Counted from the stretch's first letter, positions 1-10,205 are shown. The stretch: 64,000 bases of DNA from Patescibacteria group bacterium (GCA_041665365.1 JBAYIY010000002.1:66178-130177); one strand, 5' to 3'. Program-made: numbers and translations. The notes: generated by a model from the sequence alone, not told the origin.

Positions 1-1516
1 AATCATAAGTGGAGCCGGTGAAGACAAAGATTTCTTTAGGTGGTTTAGCTGGTTTCGGTTGCTCGGTTAAATTGTGCGTTTGGGCATAGGTTTTAATGAC
101 CGTTAAAAAACTATCTCCAAATTGAGTCAGTTTTTTTGTACCGACACCAGTGATCTGCACAAAACTGGTCTGACTTTGTGGAAAATAGGTGGCCATTTCC
201 TGCAAGCTCGTGTTACCAAAAATAATATAAGGTGGCACGCCTAACTGCTCGGCTAGTTGTTTACGCAGGTTTTTTAATTCATTAAAAAGAGTTGCATCAT
301 AGGCAGGTTCCTCAACTGTTTCATCACTAGTTTGGTGAGTACAAACATCACAACTGGCACATTTACCTGATGGATAGGATTCACCAAAATAGTTTAATAA
401 AAACTGCCGTCGGCAACGCTGCAGTTCAGCATATTTAATGACACAGTTTAATTGCTGCCAAACTTTATCACGCTCAGCTTGATCGGCCATTTGCTCAATA
501 AACCAAGCATGTTTACGTTTATCCGCATAAGAAAAAAACAGCACACACTCCGCCGGTAAACCATCCCGCCCCGCCCGACCGGTTTCTTGATAATACCCTT
601 CCACGGATTTTGGTAAATCATAGTGCACCACCAAACGCACATCGGGTTTATCTATCCCCATACCAAACGCAATGGTAGCAATAATAATATTGATCTCATC
701 ACGAATAAATTTTTCTTGTGTCTGTTGCCGCACAGCGCTAGTTAAACCAGCATGATAGGGGGCAGCCGAAAATTTTAGGCTCCGCAGCCGTTCGGCTAAT
801 TCTTCTGTGCCCTTCCGCGAAAAACAATAGATGATAACACTCTCTCCTTGATAATGCCGTAATAATTTCACTAAGCGCCCAAAGGTATCTTGTTTAGGCT
901 GAACCGAGTAGGTTAAATTTGGCCGGTTAAAACTGGAAATAAAAACTTTCGGCTCATGTAAGTTTAATTGCTTTAAAATATCCGCACGAACTGTTTCAGT
1001 GGCGGTGGCCGTGAGAGCAATAATCGGCACATCAGCAAAATCACCACGGAGTTTTTTTAAATTACGATACTCCGGCCGAAAATCGTGTCCCCATTCTGAA
1101 ATACAATGTGCTTCATCAATGGCGATTAAGCTAATTGGTAAACTATGCAGAAATTCCTGAAAACCAGACGTGGCTAACCGTTCTGGTGCCACATATAATA
1201 GTTTAACATGCCCATGTAGGGTTTGTTCTTGAATATCCTCAATCTGATTGGCAGTGAGTGTACTATTTAAGAAAGCCGCCTCAATGCCATTGGAGCGCAA
1301 TTGATCTACTTGATCTTTCATTAAAGAAATCAATGGCGATATCACCACTGTCACCCCCTCAACAGCGACTGCCGGCATCTGAAAACACAATGACTTTCCC
1401 CCACCGGTTGGCATTAACACCAAACAATCCCGTTGCGCCATGACGTGGTTAATGATTTCTTCTTGCAATGGTCTAAATTCCTCAAAACCAAAATGTTTTT
1501 TCAGTAGTGTTCTCAT
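1..1516 (-). CDS. recQ: ATP-dependent DNA helicase RecQ (partial, runs off left edge; absent from ORF track)
   Basis: Manual translation from ATG at 1516: MRTLLKKHFGFEEFRPLQEEII...VLMPTGGGKSLCFQMPA...IDEAHCISEWGHDFRPEY...ATIAFGMGIDKPDVR; HRDC-like YIIFGNTSLQEMA near the window edge. Confidence 0.95.
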   Translation of the reverse strand, partial: MRTLLKKHFGFEEFRPLQEEIINHVMAQRDCLVLMPTGGGKSLCFQMPAVAVEGVTVVISPLISLMKDQVDQLRSNGIEAAFLNSTLTANQIEDIQEQTLHGHVKLLYVAPERLATSGFQEFLHSLPISLIAIDEAHCISEWGHDFRPEYRNLKKLRGDFADVPIIALTATATETVRADILKQLNLHEPKVFISSFNRPNLTYSVQPKQDTFGRLVKLLRHYQGESVIIYCFSRKGTEELAERLRSLKFSAAPYHAGLTSAVRQQTQEKFIRDEINIIIATIAFGMGIDKPDVRLVVHYDLPKSVEGYYQETGRAGRDGLPAECVLFFSYADKRKHAWFIEQMADQAERDKVWQQLNCVIKYAELQRCRRQFLLNYFGESYPSGKCASCDVCTHQTSDETVEEPAYDATLFNELKNLRKQLAEQLGVPPYIIFGNTSLQEMATYFPQSQTSFVQITGVGTKKLTQFGDSFLTVIKTYAQTHNLTEQPKPAKPPKEIFVFTGSTYD

Positions 1517-1612
1517 AAAAAATACGCCTCTTGGGGGCGCTTGTGAGTGATAATAGCAAACTCAAAGATCCTGTCAATAGCTATAACCTATATTTATTGT
1601 TATCATATCGCT

Positions 1613-2365
1613 ATGACTGAATATAAACATTTTCGAGACGCTTTTAGACAAGTACGGAAAAAAACTGATGAGCATAGAATGTATGAAACAGGTGGAGATT
1701 GGGGAATACAAGACTCTGCATTAATAGTTGATCCTTCTAAACGTGCATCAGGATTCGAGCATCCTTATGATAGTGAGTTTGATTTTAGAGGCATGTACCC
1801 GGAAGAGTTTACAGATTTAAAAACATACCTTGAGGCACGTTTAGCATCAAAACCAGTGATCGGTATTGAGCTTGGCGGCAGAGCATCAAGACTTTTTTCA
1901 CAATTTACTCCAGGTTTTATTGAAAGAAGTCTAGGAGTTCTACTAAGTGACAATAGAAGCGCGTCACATCCACAACAGGCACAAGACGCTTTACGTCATC
2001 ACGAAGTTATAACTGCGGATGTATTTTCAACAGAGGGAAAGCAAACTATAAACAAGTGGTTAAATGGCCAAAAGGCCGATCTTATCTTCGAAAGGATGGA
2101 AGGGGCAATCAGCGATGGTCCGTATACTGAACCTGGATTCATGACAGCAGTATTCACTCGTTGGTATCGCCTGCTTTCAGAACGGGGCATAATGCTGGTT
2201 CAGTCACCCTGGCTTGATGCGACAACTTTGACAGATATGGAAACGAGACTTGATACTTTAAAGGAGCAACACATAGACGTAGTATATAAACGCCGACCGC
2301 TTGGTGACAAAGCAAGGTTATATACTATTTTGGAAAAAAAAGCAGGGGCGCCTGAAAGTTTTTAG
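1613..2365 (+). CDS. Hypothetical protein, possibly class I SAM-methyltransferase-like fold
   Basis: ORF 1547-2365; start moved to ATG 1613 because TGTTATCAT lies 6 nt upstream. IGIELGG, ADLIFERM and LLSERGIMLVQ resemble MTase motifs (inference). Confidence 0.5.
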   Translation: MTEYKHFRDAFRQVRKKTDEHRMYETGGDWGIQDSALIVDPSKRASGFEHPYDSEFDFRGMYPEEFTDLKTYLEARLASKPVIGIELGGRASRLFSQFTPGFIERSLGVLLSDNRSASHPQQAQDALRHHEVITADVFSTEGKQTINKWLNGQKADLIFERMEGAISDGPYTEPGFMTAVFTRWYRLLSERGIMLVQSPWLDATTLTDMETRLDTLKEQHIDVVYKRRPLGDKARLYTILEKKAGAPESF

Positions 2366-2395
2366 TAGACTATTGTCTTTACGGGCGTTAAGGGA

Positions 2396-3916
2396 TTAGT
2401 TGGGCTGTAGTGCTTGTAAAAAACTCCGCGCTGCTGGAGACGTTTCCGCTTTGCGTAATTGAGAGGTAATACGGGCCTTCGTTTTATGACCACTTCCTAG
2501 TAAGGTTCTGGCTTGTTGACCTAAGCCCGCAGCTAATTTTGCTTGAACCACCCAAGCTTCTTCTCGATAATAAGCTAAATTAATTGGCTCAAGGTTTGCC
2601 GTTTCCAATAGTTTCTCAGCCTTTTTCAGGTATACCTGAACATCGCGCACCAAAATGTCTGGATGTGAGTTACTACTAAAGGACAGCTCGGCTAACTGTT
2701 TAGCAGTCGCAAGCTCCAGTGCTATGATATCATCGGTTTGAAATGTTTTTGGGTTTGTCTGCATTATATGTTCAGCAGCATCTACCACTCCACCAAAATT
2801 TGGGTTGGCACCATGTTTAGCTAAACTATCACCTAATCGTATTAAAAAATTAACCTGTTTATAGGGATTGGCAACAGTTTCATGTATTAACTTTTTTACC
2901 CCTAGTGCGATCGGCTCTTTAAAATGAGCGACTAGCGCTGTTCGTTCGCTAGCTGAATGTGGGCGCTCAACATATTGTAATGCTACTTCTCCATTAATAT
3001 CATCCTGATCAGTCTGAAAGTTTACTTCATTGTAGCGTCGCCCTGCACCCACTGCTCGTACGATCTTTGTGCTTAGTAATTGCAACATGGCTTGCGTATT
3101 GGGAATATCTCCTAAACGCGCTGCGGCTAGACCAGCTGCCTTGATGAAATCTGGACTATCTTCTTCTGGCGATCCCGATAACAACTCAGTTGCTTCAGAT
3201 ATACGTCCAATTTTTACTAACCCTTCAATCAACGACTCACGATCTGAAAAATCGGTTTGATACTCGGCCATCACGATATCATCAACCACACAACCATGCT
3301 CACTTAGTAGTAAAGCACTAGACAATAATTTTTCACGATGTTTGCTAGGATCGGCGTAGTATTTGTTAATTAAACGTTCCACTGTGGCACGATCCCCTTG
3401 CCTGGCATAGTAATCAATGATTGAATTGGCTTTATCAATTCGACTAGATTCCGGTAACGTATCAATCATCGTTTCAGCCCGAGCGAGCAATGCCAGATCC
3501 GATTTCTTTTCAGCAACTCGACAGAGCATATCAATTTGAATAGTGGGATCAGTGATAACTTGTAATGTCTGCTCAGCCGAAACAGTATCACCAGCCAAAT
3601 ACTGCCAAGCACCAATATCCATCAACTCCCAATCTCGATCATTTGCCCTATCATGACGCTGTGGAATGGTAATGCGATCATCCGTAGTAACTCTCTGTTT
3701 AATTTCCGCCAGCAATTTGGATACAGCAATAGCAATACCACCTTTATGTAGCTGATACGCCAAACGAGCGAGCGCAGCAGTATCACCAGAAGTGTGTGCA
3801 CCTTCTTCAGCGTTAGACAAAAAAACAGCCGCTTGTTCCGCAAGTCTGGCAGCTTCAATAATTTCTTGATTTTCTCTATCCAAGATCTCTGCACGCGGTA
3901 TTTCACGCCTTGTCAT
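2396..3916 (-). CDS. Hypothetical alpha-helical (TPR-like) protein
   Basis: Long Ala/Leu-rich ORF; start at ATG 3916 supported by TTGACA-17nt-TAGAAT directly upstream. Confidence 0.6.
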   Translation of the reverse strand: MTRREIPRAEILDRENQEIIEAARLAEQAAVFLSNAEEGAHTSGDTAALARLAYQLHKGGIAIAVSKLLAEIKQRVTTDDRITIPQRHDRANDRDWELMDIGAWQYLAGDTVSAEQTLQVITDPTIQIDMLCRVAEKKSDLALLARAETMIDTLPESSRIDKANSIIDYYARQGDRATVERLINKYYADPSKHREKLLSSALLLSEHGCVVDDIVMAEYQTDFSDRESLIEGLVKIGRISEATELLSGSPEEDSPDFIKAAGLAAARLGDIPNTQAMLQLLSTKIVRAVGAGRRYNEVNFQTDQDDINGEVALQYVERPHSASERTALVAHFKEPIALGVKKLIHETVANPYKQVNFLIRLGDSLAKHGANPNFGGVVDAAEHIMQTNPKTFQTDDIIALELATAKQLAELSFSSNSHPDILVRDVQVYLKKAEKLLETANLEPINLAYYREEAWVVQAKLAAGLGQQARTLLGSGHKTKARITSQLRKAETSPAARSFLQALQPN

Positions 3917-3983
3917 GTTCAAAATTCTATCAAAAAAAATGACTTTTGTCAATCTAGAATGCAGTAGACTAAGTCTTAGGTTA

Positions 3984-4220
3984 TTAACTAATAAGTTTCA
4001 ATTTATCAGTCCGTCGTAATTGTTTAATTTGAATTTCGCGTCTTAACGCACTGCCTTTCGTGCGACACCGCTGCGTATACACAATCCGCTCGACCGGGTG
4101 GGATCGGGTATAGCGACTAGCCGTACCGGCCTGATGCCTGGCCCACCGTTTGGGTAAATCATTTGTGATACCGGTATACAAACTACCGTCTAAACAGCAA
4201 AGAATGTAGACAGTATACAT
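3984..4220 (-). CDS. Stand-alone GIY-YIG nuclease family protein (YhbQ/UPF0213-like)
   Basis: YTVYILCCLDGSLYTGITNDLPKRWARHQAG...ALRREIQIK. Confidence 0.9.
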   Translation of the reverse strand: MYTVYILCCLDGSLYTGITNDLPKRWARHQAGTASRYTRSHPVERIVYTQRCRTKGSALRREIQIKQLRRTDKLKLIS

Positions 4221-4224
4221 AAAG

Positions 4225-4296
4225 TAGCCCCACGGGGAATCGAACCCCGATTTGAGCGCTGAGAACGCTCCGTCCTAACCGTTAGACGATAAGGCC
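4225..4296 (-). tRNA. tRNA-Glu (CTC), CCA not encoded
   Basis: GGCCTTATCGTCTAACGGTTAGGACGGAGCGTTCTCAGCGCTCAAATCGGGGTTCGATTCCCCGTGGGGCTA folds as a cloverleaf; anticodon CTC. Confidence 0.95.
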
Positions 4297-4362
4297 ATAC
4301 TGAACAAACGTTGGGCTATTGTATACAAAATCCAAGTAGTCGTAAAGAATCCAAATTTAACA

Positions 4363-4391
4363 TTGAATATTAAATTTGGATATGCTATACT
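4363..4391 (+). promoter_or_regulatory. Sigma70 promoter of the AAA ATPase gene (leaderless-type)
   Basis: TTGAAT-17nt-TATACT with extended TG, 6 nt before ATG 4398. Confidence 0.65.
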
Positions 4392-4397
4392 ATCACT

Positions 4398-5573
4398 ATG
4401 TATACACGAACCATAGAAAAACGCTTCTTGGCCAGCGTCAAAACCTTTCCCGTGGTTATTCTGACCGGTGCACGACAAACGGGTAAAAGCACCTTGTGCA
4501 AAACCCTGTTGCATGACACCCATCGCTATGTATCATTGGAAGATCCAGACATTCGTCGCCAGGCTATCGAAGACCCCCGGACATTTTTACAAAATTTTCC
4601 TGCTCCAGTGATTCTGGATGAAATTCAGTATGCTCCAGATCTGCCCAGTTATATTCAAGGCATTGTTGACGAACATCGTACCAAATATGGACAATACATT
4701 TTGACTGGTTCACAAAATTTCTTACTAATGGAACGTGTCGCCCAATCCTTAGCCGGACGTGCAGCTCTCTTAACGCTTTATCCTTGTGCTGTCCAAGAAG
4801 TAGATGGCTCAACTGCTAAACCACGCTCATCAACTACGGCTGTAGCGGATTGGATATTGCGTGGTGGATATCCAGAACTGCGCAATCGCCCAGAACTAGA
4901 TCGGGCCACTTGGTGTTCAAGTTATATTAGACTCTATCTTGAACGTGATGTGCGCCAGTTGATTAATGTCACTGATTTAACGACCTTCGAAAGATTCGTC
5001 CATCATGTGGCGATTCGCACTGGGCAGATCTTAAATACCAGTGATCTAGCGCGTGATGTTGATGTCAGCGTACCAACGATTACGCGGTGGTTATCGGTGT
5101 TACAAGCCAGCTACCAAGTGTTTTTATTGGAACCCTATCACGCGAGTATTTCTAAACGCTTAGTTAAGGCTCCGAAAATCTATTTTGGCGACACTGCTTT
5201 AGCCTCATATTTGATGGGAATTCATGATCCTGAAGTTTTACTACAAGGGCCATTTCTTGGACATTTATTTGAAACCGCTGTTGTGCTAGAACATCTTAAA
5301 TGGGCTAGCATGAACGGTTTAAATTCAACCTTCTCCTACTTTCGCACCAAAGATGGAATTGAAGTTGATCTATTCATTGAACAAGGTGTAGAGATCATGG
5401 CTCGCGAAATAAAATCTTCCCGCACCCGCACCACTTTTACTACAAAAAATTTAATCCTAGCCGAAGAATTACTACAGCGCCCACTACACAAATCCATTCT
5501 AGCCCCCGTGTCGGAACCATCGATCATGAAGAGTGGCGTCACTGTGAAACCCTGGCATCAGGTAGAGTGGTAA
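4398..5573 (+). CDS. AAA_14 ATPase with C-terminal DUF4143 domain
   Basis: GARQTGKST Walker A, ILDEIQ Walker B, LTGS, GGYPE, KAPKIYFGDTAL, GHLFET, YFRTKDGIEVDL. Confidence 0.9.
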   Translation: MYTRTIEKRFLASVKTFPVVILTGARQTGKSTLCKTLLHDTHRYVSLEDPDIRRQAIEDPRTFLQNFPAPVILDEIQYAPDLPSYIQGIVDEHRTKYGQYILTGSQNFLLMERVAQSLAGRAALLTLYPCAVQEVDGSTAKPRSSTTAVADWILRGGYPELRNRPELDRATWCSSYIRLYLERDVRQLINVTDLTTFERFVHHVAIRTGQILNTSDLARDVDVSVPTITRWLSVLQASYQVFLLEPYHASISKRLVKAPKIYFGDTALASYLMGIHDPEVLLQGPFLGHLFETAVVLEHLKWASMNGLNSTFSYFRTKDGIEVDLFIEQGVEIMAREIKSSRTRTTFTTKNLILAEELLQRPLHKSILAPVSEPSIMKSGVTVKPWHQVEW

Positions 5574-5578
5574 AATCT

Positions 5579-6589
5579 TTACAATTTTTTCCCTGCGGCT
5601 ATGGCCATATCGACCAAACGATTGGCGTAACCGAACTCGTTATCGTACCAACTGACTACTTTAACGAGGCTGCCACCTACCACCATGGTGAGAGCTAAAT
5701 CAACAATCGAAGATTCACTGCGACCAACTATATCAGATGACACGATCGGCTCATTAGTCACAGCTAAGATACCTTTAAAATCTTGTTTTTGGGAAGCCTC
5801 TGTTAAAGCCTGATTCACCTCTTCAACTGTGACATCTTTTTTTAATAACAGAGTGATGTCTGATAATGATCCAGCGGGAGTTGGCACGCGCACAGCGAAA
5901 CCATCAAACTTGCCTTGATACACAGGCATGGTCTTACCTACTGCTCGAGCGGCTCCGGTGGAAGTTGGAATGATATTCAAGGCTGCCCCTCGAGCGCGAC
6001 GTAGGTCACTCTTGTGTGTCCCATCTACTAAATTTTGATCAGCGGTGTAAGAATGAATGGTTGTCATCATCGCCTTCTCAACACCAAAAGATTCCATCAT
6101 CACTTTCATCACTGGAGCGATACAATTTGTGGTGCAAGAGGCATTGGACGAGATGGTATCTTTACCGATATCAGCTTGGTTAACAGACATCACATAAGTA
6201 CCAATGTCTTTATCTTTAGCTGGCGCAGACATTATGACGTGCTTGGCACCGGCGGTTAAGTGCTGACTGGCTAACTCCCGGGTTAAAAATACTCCGGTAC
6301 ATTCGAGTACAATATCAGCACCCACTTTACCCCAAGGAATTTGCTTCGGATCCTTTTCCGAAAAACGGCGATATTTCTTGCCATCAACCACTAAATAATC
6401 TTCTCCGTCGGTGGTGACAGTTTTATCATATGGGCCATAGACACTGTCATATTTTAATAAATGGGCGGCCATGGTAAGACTACCTAGGCCATTTATAGCG
6501 ACGACTTCGAGGTCTGGGCGGGTAAGGGCGATGCGGAAGGCCGCAGCACCGATTCGACCAAAACCATTGATTGCAATACGTGTTTTCAT
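5579..6589 (-). CDS. gap: Type I glyceraldehyde-3-phosphate dehydrogenase
   Basis: INGFGRIG, SNASCTTNC, WYDNEFGY. Confidence 0.98.
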   Translation of the reverse strand: MKTRIAINGFGRIGAAAFRIALTRPDLEVVAINGLGSLTMAAHLLKYDSVYGPYDKTVTTDGEDYLVVDGKKYRRFSEKDPKQIPWGKVGADIVLECTGVFLTRELASQHLTAGAKHVIMSAPAKDKDIGTYVMSVNQADIGKDTISSNASCTTNCIAPVMKVMMESFGVEKAMMTTIHSYTADQNLVDGTHKSDLRRARGAALNIIPTSTGAARAVGKTMPVYQGKFDGFAVRVPTPAGSLSDITLLLKKDVTVEEVNQALTEASQKQDFKGILAVTNEPIVSSDIVGRSESSIVDLALTMVVGGSLVKVVSWYDNEFGYANRLVDMAIAAGKKL

Positions 6590-6626
6590 AGGGATTAATG
6601 TATCACATTATGATTAAATATGCCAA

Positions 6627-7376
6627 CTAGTTTTGTGTACCAAAACGAGTATTATTATTGGCCGCTTGTGTATTTATAGTATGTTGAGAATCTGCATTAG
6701 TATCTTCATCAGGAGTAGTATCATCTTTTATCTCTTCTAATGTTTTTGGGCTCCCATCTTGGTTTAATCTTTCCTGATAAATAAACATGACGCGAAAACC
6801 GACCTGTTTATTCTCGAGCACAAACCCATAATTATTTTCATGGACCACATCAAAGGCACCGTTTTGTTGCTTCATCGAACTGAGTAGTTCTTTACCCTTA
6901 CCAGCGGCGACAACAAAATTAGCATCACCTTTTTGATCTAAACGGCTGACGGTTTTACCGCCAATGGTTTCTGGTTTAATTGCAGCAATCGTGTCGCGAC
7001 AATTTTCTAACGCATCATAAATATCTTCGGCCAGTTTATGAATTAGTCGTTTTAATTCAGTATCTGGGGCGGCCTCATCTGGAGTTGTTTCATTAGCAAC
7101 AGTTACTTCAACCCCTAATGATTTTTGTAATTCACCTAACGCTTGCTCTCGGCCTGCCGAATCTTTATTCTTAAAATTACGTTCTATCACTTTATAAATA
7201 TCCCATACACTATTAAATCTCACCGGATCTATTTCAACTTGTTCACCAGTTGAAACTTCAGCTACATGAGCAGTTTCTCCTAATGATATAGCTCCTTTAC
7301 CTTCTTGTCTTTGTTTTAATCTTTTCTCAAATTCTGTTTCCGCTCCTTTAGTTGGAAATTGAACAACTTTTCCCAT
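6627..7376 (-). CDS. Hypothetical charged soluble protein
   Basis: 249-aa ORF fills the gap between dac and gap; no recognised family. Confidence 0.6.
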   Translation of the reverse strand: MGKVVQFPTKGAETEFEKRLKQRQEGKGAISLGETAHVAEVSTGEQVEIDPVRFNSVWDIYKVIERNFKNKDSAGREQALGELQKSLGVEVTVANETTPDEAAPDTELKRLIHKLAEDIYDALENCRDTIAAIKPETIGGKTVSRLDQKGDANFVVAAGKGKELLSSMKQQNGAFDVVHENNYGFVLENKQVGFRVMFIYQERLNQDGSPKTLEEIKDDTTPDEDTNADSQHTINTQAANNNTRFGTQN

Positions 7377-7406
7377 AAAATTTTTTAAAATTAATTAATG
7401 ATTATT

Positions 7407-8243
7407 TTAAGGCCAATTGTAATGATCAAATGTCCAGTTGACTAGCTGCTCGGTTTCATTAAACCGGGCGGTTTCGTCAGTAGCCCCTAATAGAATAACA
7501 ATGATCTGATTACCGGCATCGTTCTCGGCTAACGTGGCTAAACACCCACCGGCTTCATAGGTAAAGCCAGTCTTACCGGCCACCATATGAGGCGCATGAT
7601 TGAGTAAAAACTGATTAGTACTTTTTACAATGACTTCATGATTATTTACCACCATGCGATGCTCAGATTGAGTCATGGGTTGTAGTAAAAACTGGTCATG
7701 AATAATAGTCCGAAATAACAAACTCAACTCGCGGCTGGTGGAAACAGATTGCTCAGACAAACCGGTTGGATCTTGATAGTGAGTGTTGACCATGCCTAAC
7801 ACTTTGGCTTGATCATTCATTGTTGTAATAAACTCATCCTCAGATAAATTCGTACTCTGGGATAATTGCACCGCAGCATCATTTATCGAACCAATCAGAG
7901 CAGATTTTAAAAGATCCGCTTGGTTGGTTGTCCAATCATCGATCTGCTGTTGAGCCACATAGGCGGTCATTAATTTTGTCAGACTCGCCATGGGTAAAAC
8001 TTCATCAGGTTCTTTTTGCCACAAAACCATCCCTGAGGTCACATCTAACACAATGGCGGATTTGGCTTGCAAAATTGGTCCGAGCTCATTATCCACCGGA
8101 CGCGGCACTGTGCGCCACACAGTCACCGGCAAACGTTGCGTATTAGCCGGTTCGTCAAGATGATGTGTTGGCACCATCACCCACTCGGTGGGCACAAAGA
8201 CTACTCCCCAAACCAAGATTGACCATAACACTTGCTGTAACAT
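7407..8243 (-). CDS. D-alanyl-D-alanine carboxypeptidase (peptidase S11)
   Basis: N-terminal signal/TM, SxxK (ASLTKLM), SxN (GSINDA), KTG (GKTGFT). Confidence 0.9.
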   Translation of the reverse strand: MLQQVLWSILVWGVVFVPTEWVMVPTHHLDEPANTQRLPVTVWRTVPRPVDNELGPILQAKSAIVLDVTSGMVLWQKEPDEVLPMASLTKLMTAYVAQQQIDDWTTNQADLLKSALIGSINDAAVQLSQSTNLSEDEFITTMNDQAKVLGMVNTHYQDPTGLSEQSVSTSRELSLLFRTIIHDQFLLQPMTQSEHRMVVNNHEVIVKSTNQFLLNHAPHMVAGKTGFTYEAGGCLATLAENDAGNQIIVILLGATDETARFNETEQLVNWTFDHYNWP

Positions 8244-8246
8244 AAA

Positions 8247-8945
8247 CTAAATAATAGCGGCGCGCTGAATTACTTTCCATTTACCTAACGGCAAATTATC
8301 CAACACCATCTGACCAAGTCTGATGCGCTCTAATTCTAAGACTCGATTTTGCCGCAATTCCACCATCCGCCGAATTTGTCTATTCCAGCCTTGCCGTAAG
8401 ACAATTCTGAAACGATTATCATCTAATTGCTCAACTGAAGCATTTGGCCCAGTAAAACCCTCTTCTAAGTGCACTCCTCGTCGCCACGCGGTAATATCAT
8501 CTGGTTTTAATGGATACTTCACCGTCACAATATATTCTTTATCATGTTCATAACGCGGATGGGTGAACTGATTAATTATTTCACCATCATTGGTTAACAA
8601 TAATAATCCGGTACTATGTTTATCTAAACGACCGACTGGACGCAGATGTTGCAAACTACTGGGCAGCAATGTCATCACACTCCGTTCGGTCAAAAAATGA
8701 GCCCGTGTTACTACACAACCTTTCGGTTTATTTAACAACACATAGGTCATGGTTTGATCATGTTCTATAATGGATTTGCCATTTAATTTTATAACCGGTA
8801 AATGATCCGGATCAATTTTCATCCCCACGGTCGCTACCGTACCGGCCACGGTGATTTTGCCTTTAGCCAACAGCTCATCCACCGCCCGGCGGCTGTATTG
8901 ACTATGCGCCGCAATAAATTTATTCAGTCGGAGTGTCTGAGCCAT
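8247..8945 (-). CDS. rluB: rRNA pseudouridine synthase, RluB/RsuA family
   Basis: S4-like RLNKFIA...SRR, LLNKPKG, VGRLDKHSTGLLLLTNDG, NRQIRRM; follows scpAB. Confidence 0.85.
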   Translation of the reverse strand: MAQTLRLNKFIAAHSQYSRRAVDELLAKGKITVAGTVATVGMKIDPDHLPVIKLNGKSIIEHDQTMTYVLLNKPKGCVVTRAHFLTERSVMTLLPSSLQHLRPVGRLDKHSTGLLLLTNDGEIINQFTHPRYEHDKEYIVTVKYPLKPDDITAWRRGVHLEEGFTGPNASVEQLDDNRFRIVLRQGWNRQIRRMVELRQNRVLELERIRLGQMVLDNLPLGKWKVIQRAAII

Positions 8946-9513
8946 CGTTGGTAATATTATTTGTAAAAAAATCTCCCGGTTTGTCTAAAAAGGCTAGCCG
9001 CTCCCCTAATTGAATATCGCGATGTAACCGTTCATACTCCGGTAAATCCTGCACAGTTTGCACACCTAATAATTGTAAATATTCCGGAGTGATATCGTAC
9101 ACTTCAATCCCCTTGAGTTTATCAAAGGTTTCTGTGACTAAACCGCGAATCAATAAATTTCTAATAATTAAACTGCAATTCACACCGCGAATGGCCTCCA
9201 ATTCGGTTTTGGCAATGGGGCTACGATAAGCAATAATCGACAGAGTTTCTAGAGATGGTTTGGTCAAATCACCGGTGCGTTCATCTTTCACCACCTGGCT
9301 AACAATATCATGTACCGCCGGTGCGGTAGTTAATTGGGCTTCACTATTAGTTAAAGTTATATTTATCCCCCGTTCCCCAGTCATGGCAGCATACTGTTTT
9401 AATGACTCCTCAACTTCTGGAATACTAGTATTAGTCCATTTAGCGAGTTTACTAAAACTAACTGGTTTAGCGAGCACAAATAAAATAGCTTCCAACTGTG
9501 GCATTAATTGCAT
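8920..9513 (-). CDS. scpB: Segregation and condensation protein B
   Basis: LEAILF, LETLSIIAYRSPIAKTELEAIRGVN. Confidence 0.95.
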   Translation of the reverse strand: MQLMPQLEAILFVLAKPVSFSKLAKWTNTSIPEVEESLKQYAAMTGERGINITLTNSEAQLTTAPAVHDIVSQVVKDERTGDLTKPSLETLSIIAYRSPIAKTELEAIRGVNCSLIIRNLLIRGLVTETFDKLKGIEVYDITPEYLQLLGVQTVQDLPEYERLHRDIQLGERLAFLDKPGDFFTNNITNDGSDTPTE

Positions 9514-10205
9514 ACGATTAGTATATCACTATATTGCTTAGGTTGTTGCACGGTGACATTATTTTGTTTCATTAGTTCCAAAATAGCCAAAAAAGTTATA
9601 ACAACATTCATGCGATCTTTATTATCTTGAATCAGATCGGAAAACTGAAGTTGCTTGTGTTGTTGCAAAACTGAGTAAAGCGTAGCAATTTTTTCTTTTA
9701 AGGTGATCGCTTTCCGGATGGCCGCTTGGGGTATTTTGATGACAGTATCTAAGCGCGCTAACACACCTTCATAAAGTTCATATAAATGATGAGTGGCAAT
9801 GCCAGCTGGCGGATTAAATTCTACAGTATCCAACCGCGCTAAACTAACCGGCCGCACACAGGCATATTGACCGTGCGCTAAACGATCTTCCAACACGCTA
9901 CTGGCATCCCGAAACTCTTTATACATTTTTAGATGTTCCGCCAAATTGGTGGCCGGTTCATCATCTTCAGTAATTAAATAGGGTAACAACTCACGAGATT
10001 TTAAATACAATAATCTGGTAGCGATTACTAAAAAATCCGCCAACTCTTCGGGAAATAATTCCTCGACCGTATCAAGATAAACTATAAAAGAATCGGTAAT
10101 CTGCGCTAAGGCAATGTCAGTAATCGATAACTGCTCCTGTTCAATAAATTGTAACAAGACATCAAGTGGGCCTTGATATTGTGCAAGCTTAATCTCGTAT
10201 GACAT
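9504..10205 (-). CDS. scpA: Segregation and condensation protein A
   Basis: YQGPLDVLLQFI, FLVIATRLLYLKSRELLP, TFLAILELMK. Confidence 0.95.
   Translation of the reverse strand: MSYEIKLAQYQGPLDVLLQFIEQEQLSITDIALAQITDSFIVYLDTVEELFPEELADFLVIATRLLYLKSRELLPYLITEDDEPATNLAEHLKMYKEFRDASSVLEDRLAHGQYACVRPVSLARLDTVEFNPPAGIATHHLYELYEGVLARLDTVIKIPQAAIRKAITLKEKIATLYSVLQQHKQLQFSDLIQDNKDRMNVVITFLAILELMKQNNVTVQQPKQYSDILIVCN

Noticed and set aside
4398-5573. Defence system built around the AAA/DUF4143 gene
   Set aside because: Stand-alone gene of a common family with no partner genes; no specific system can be supported
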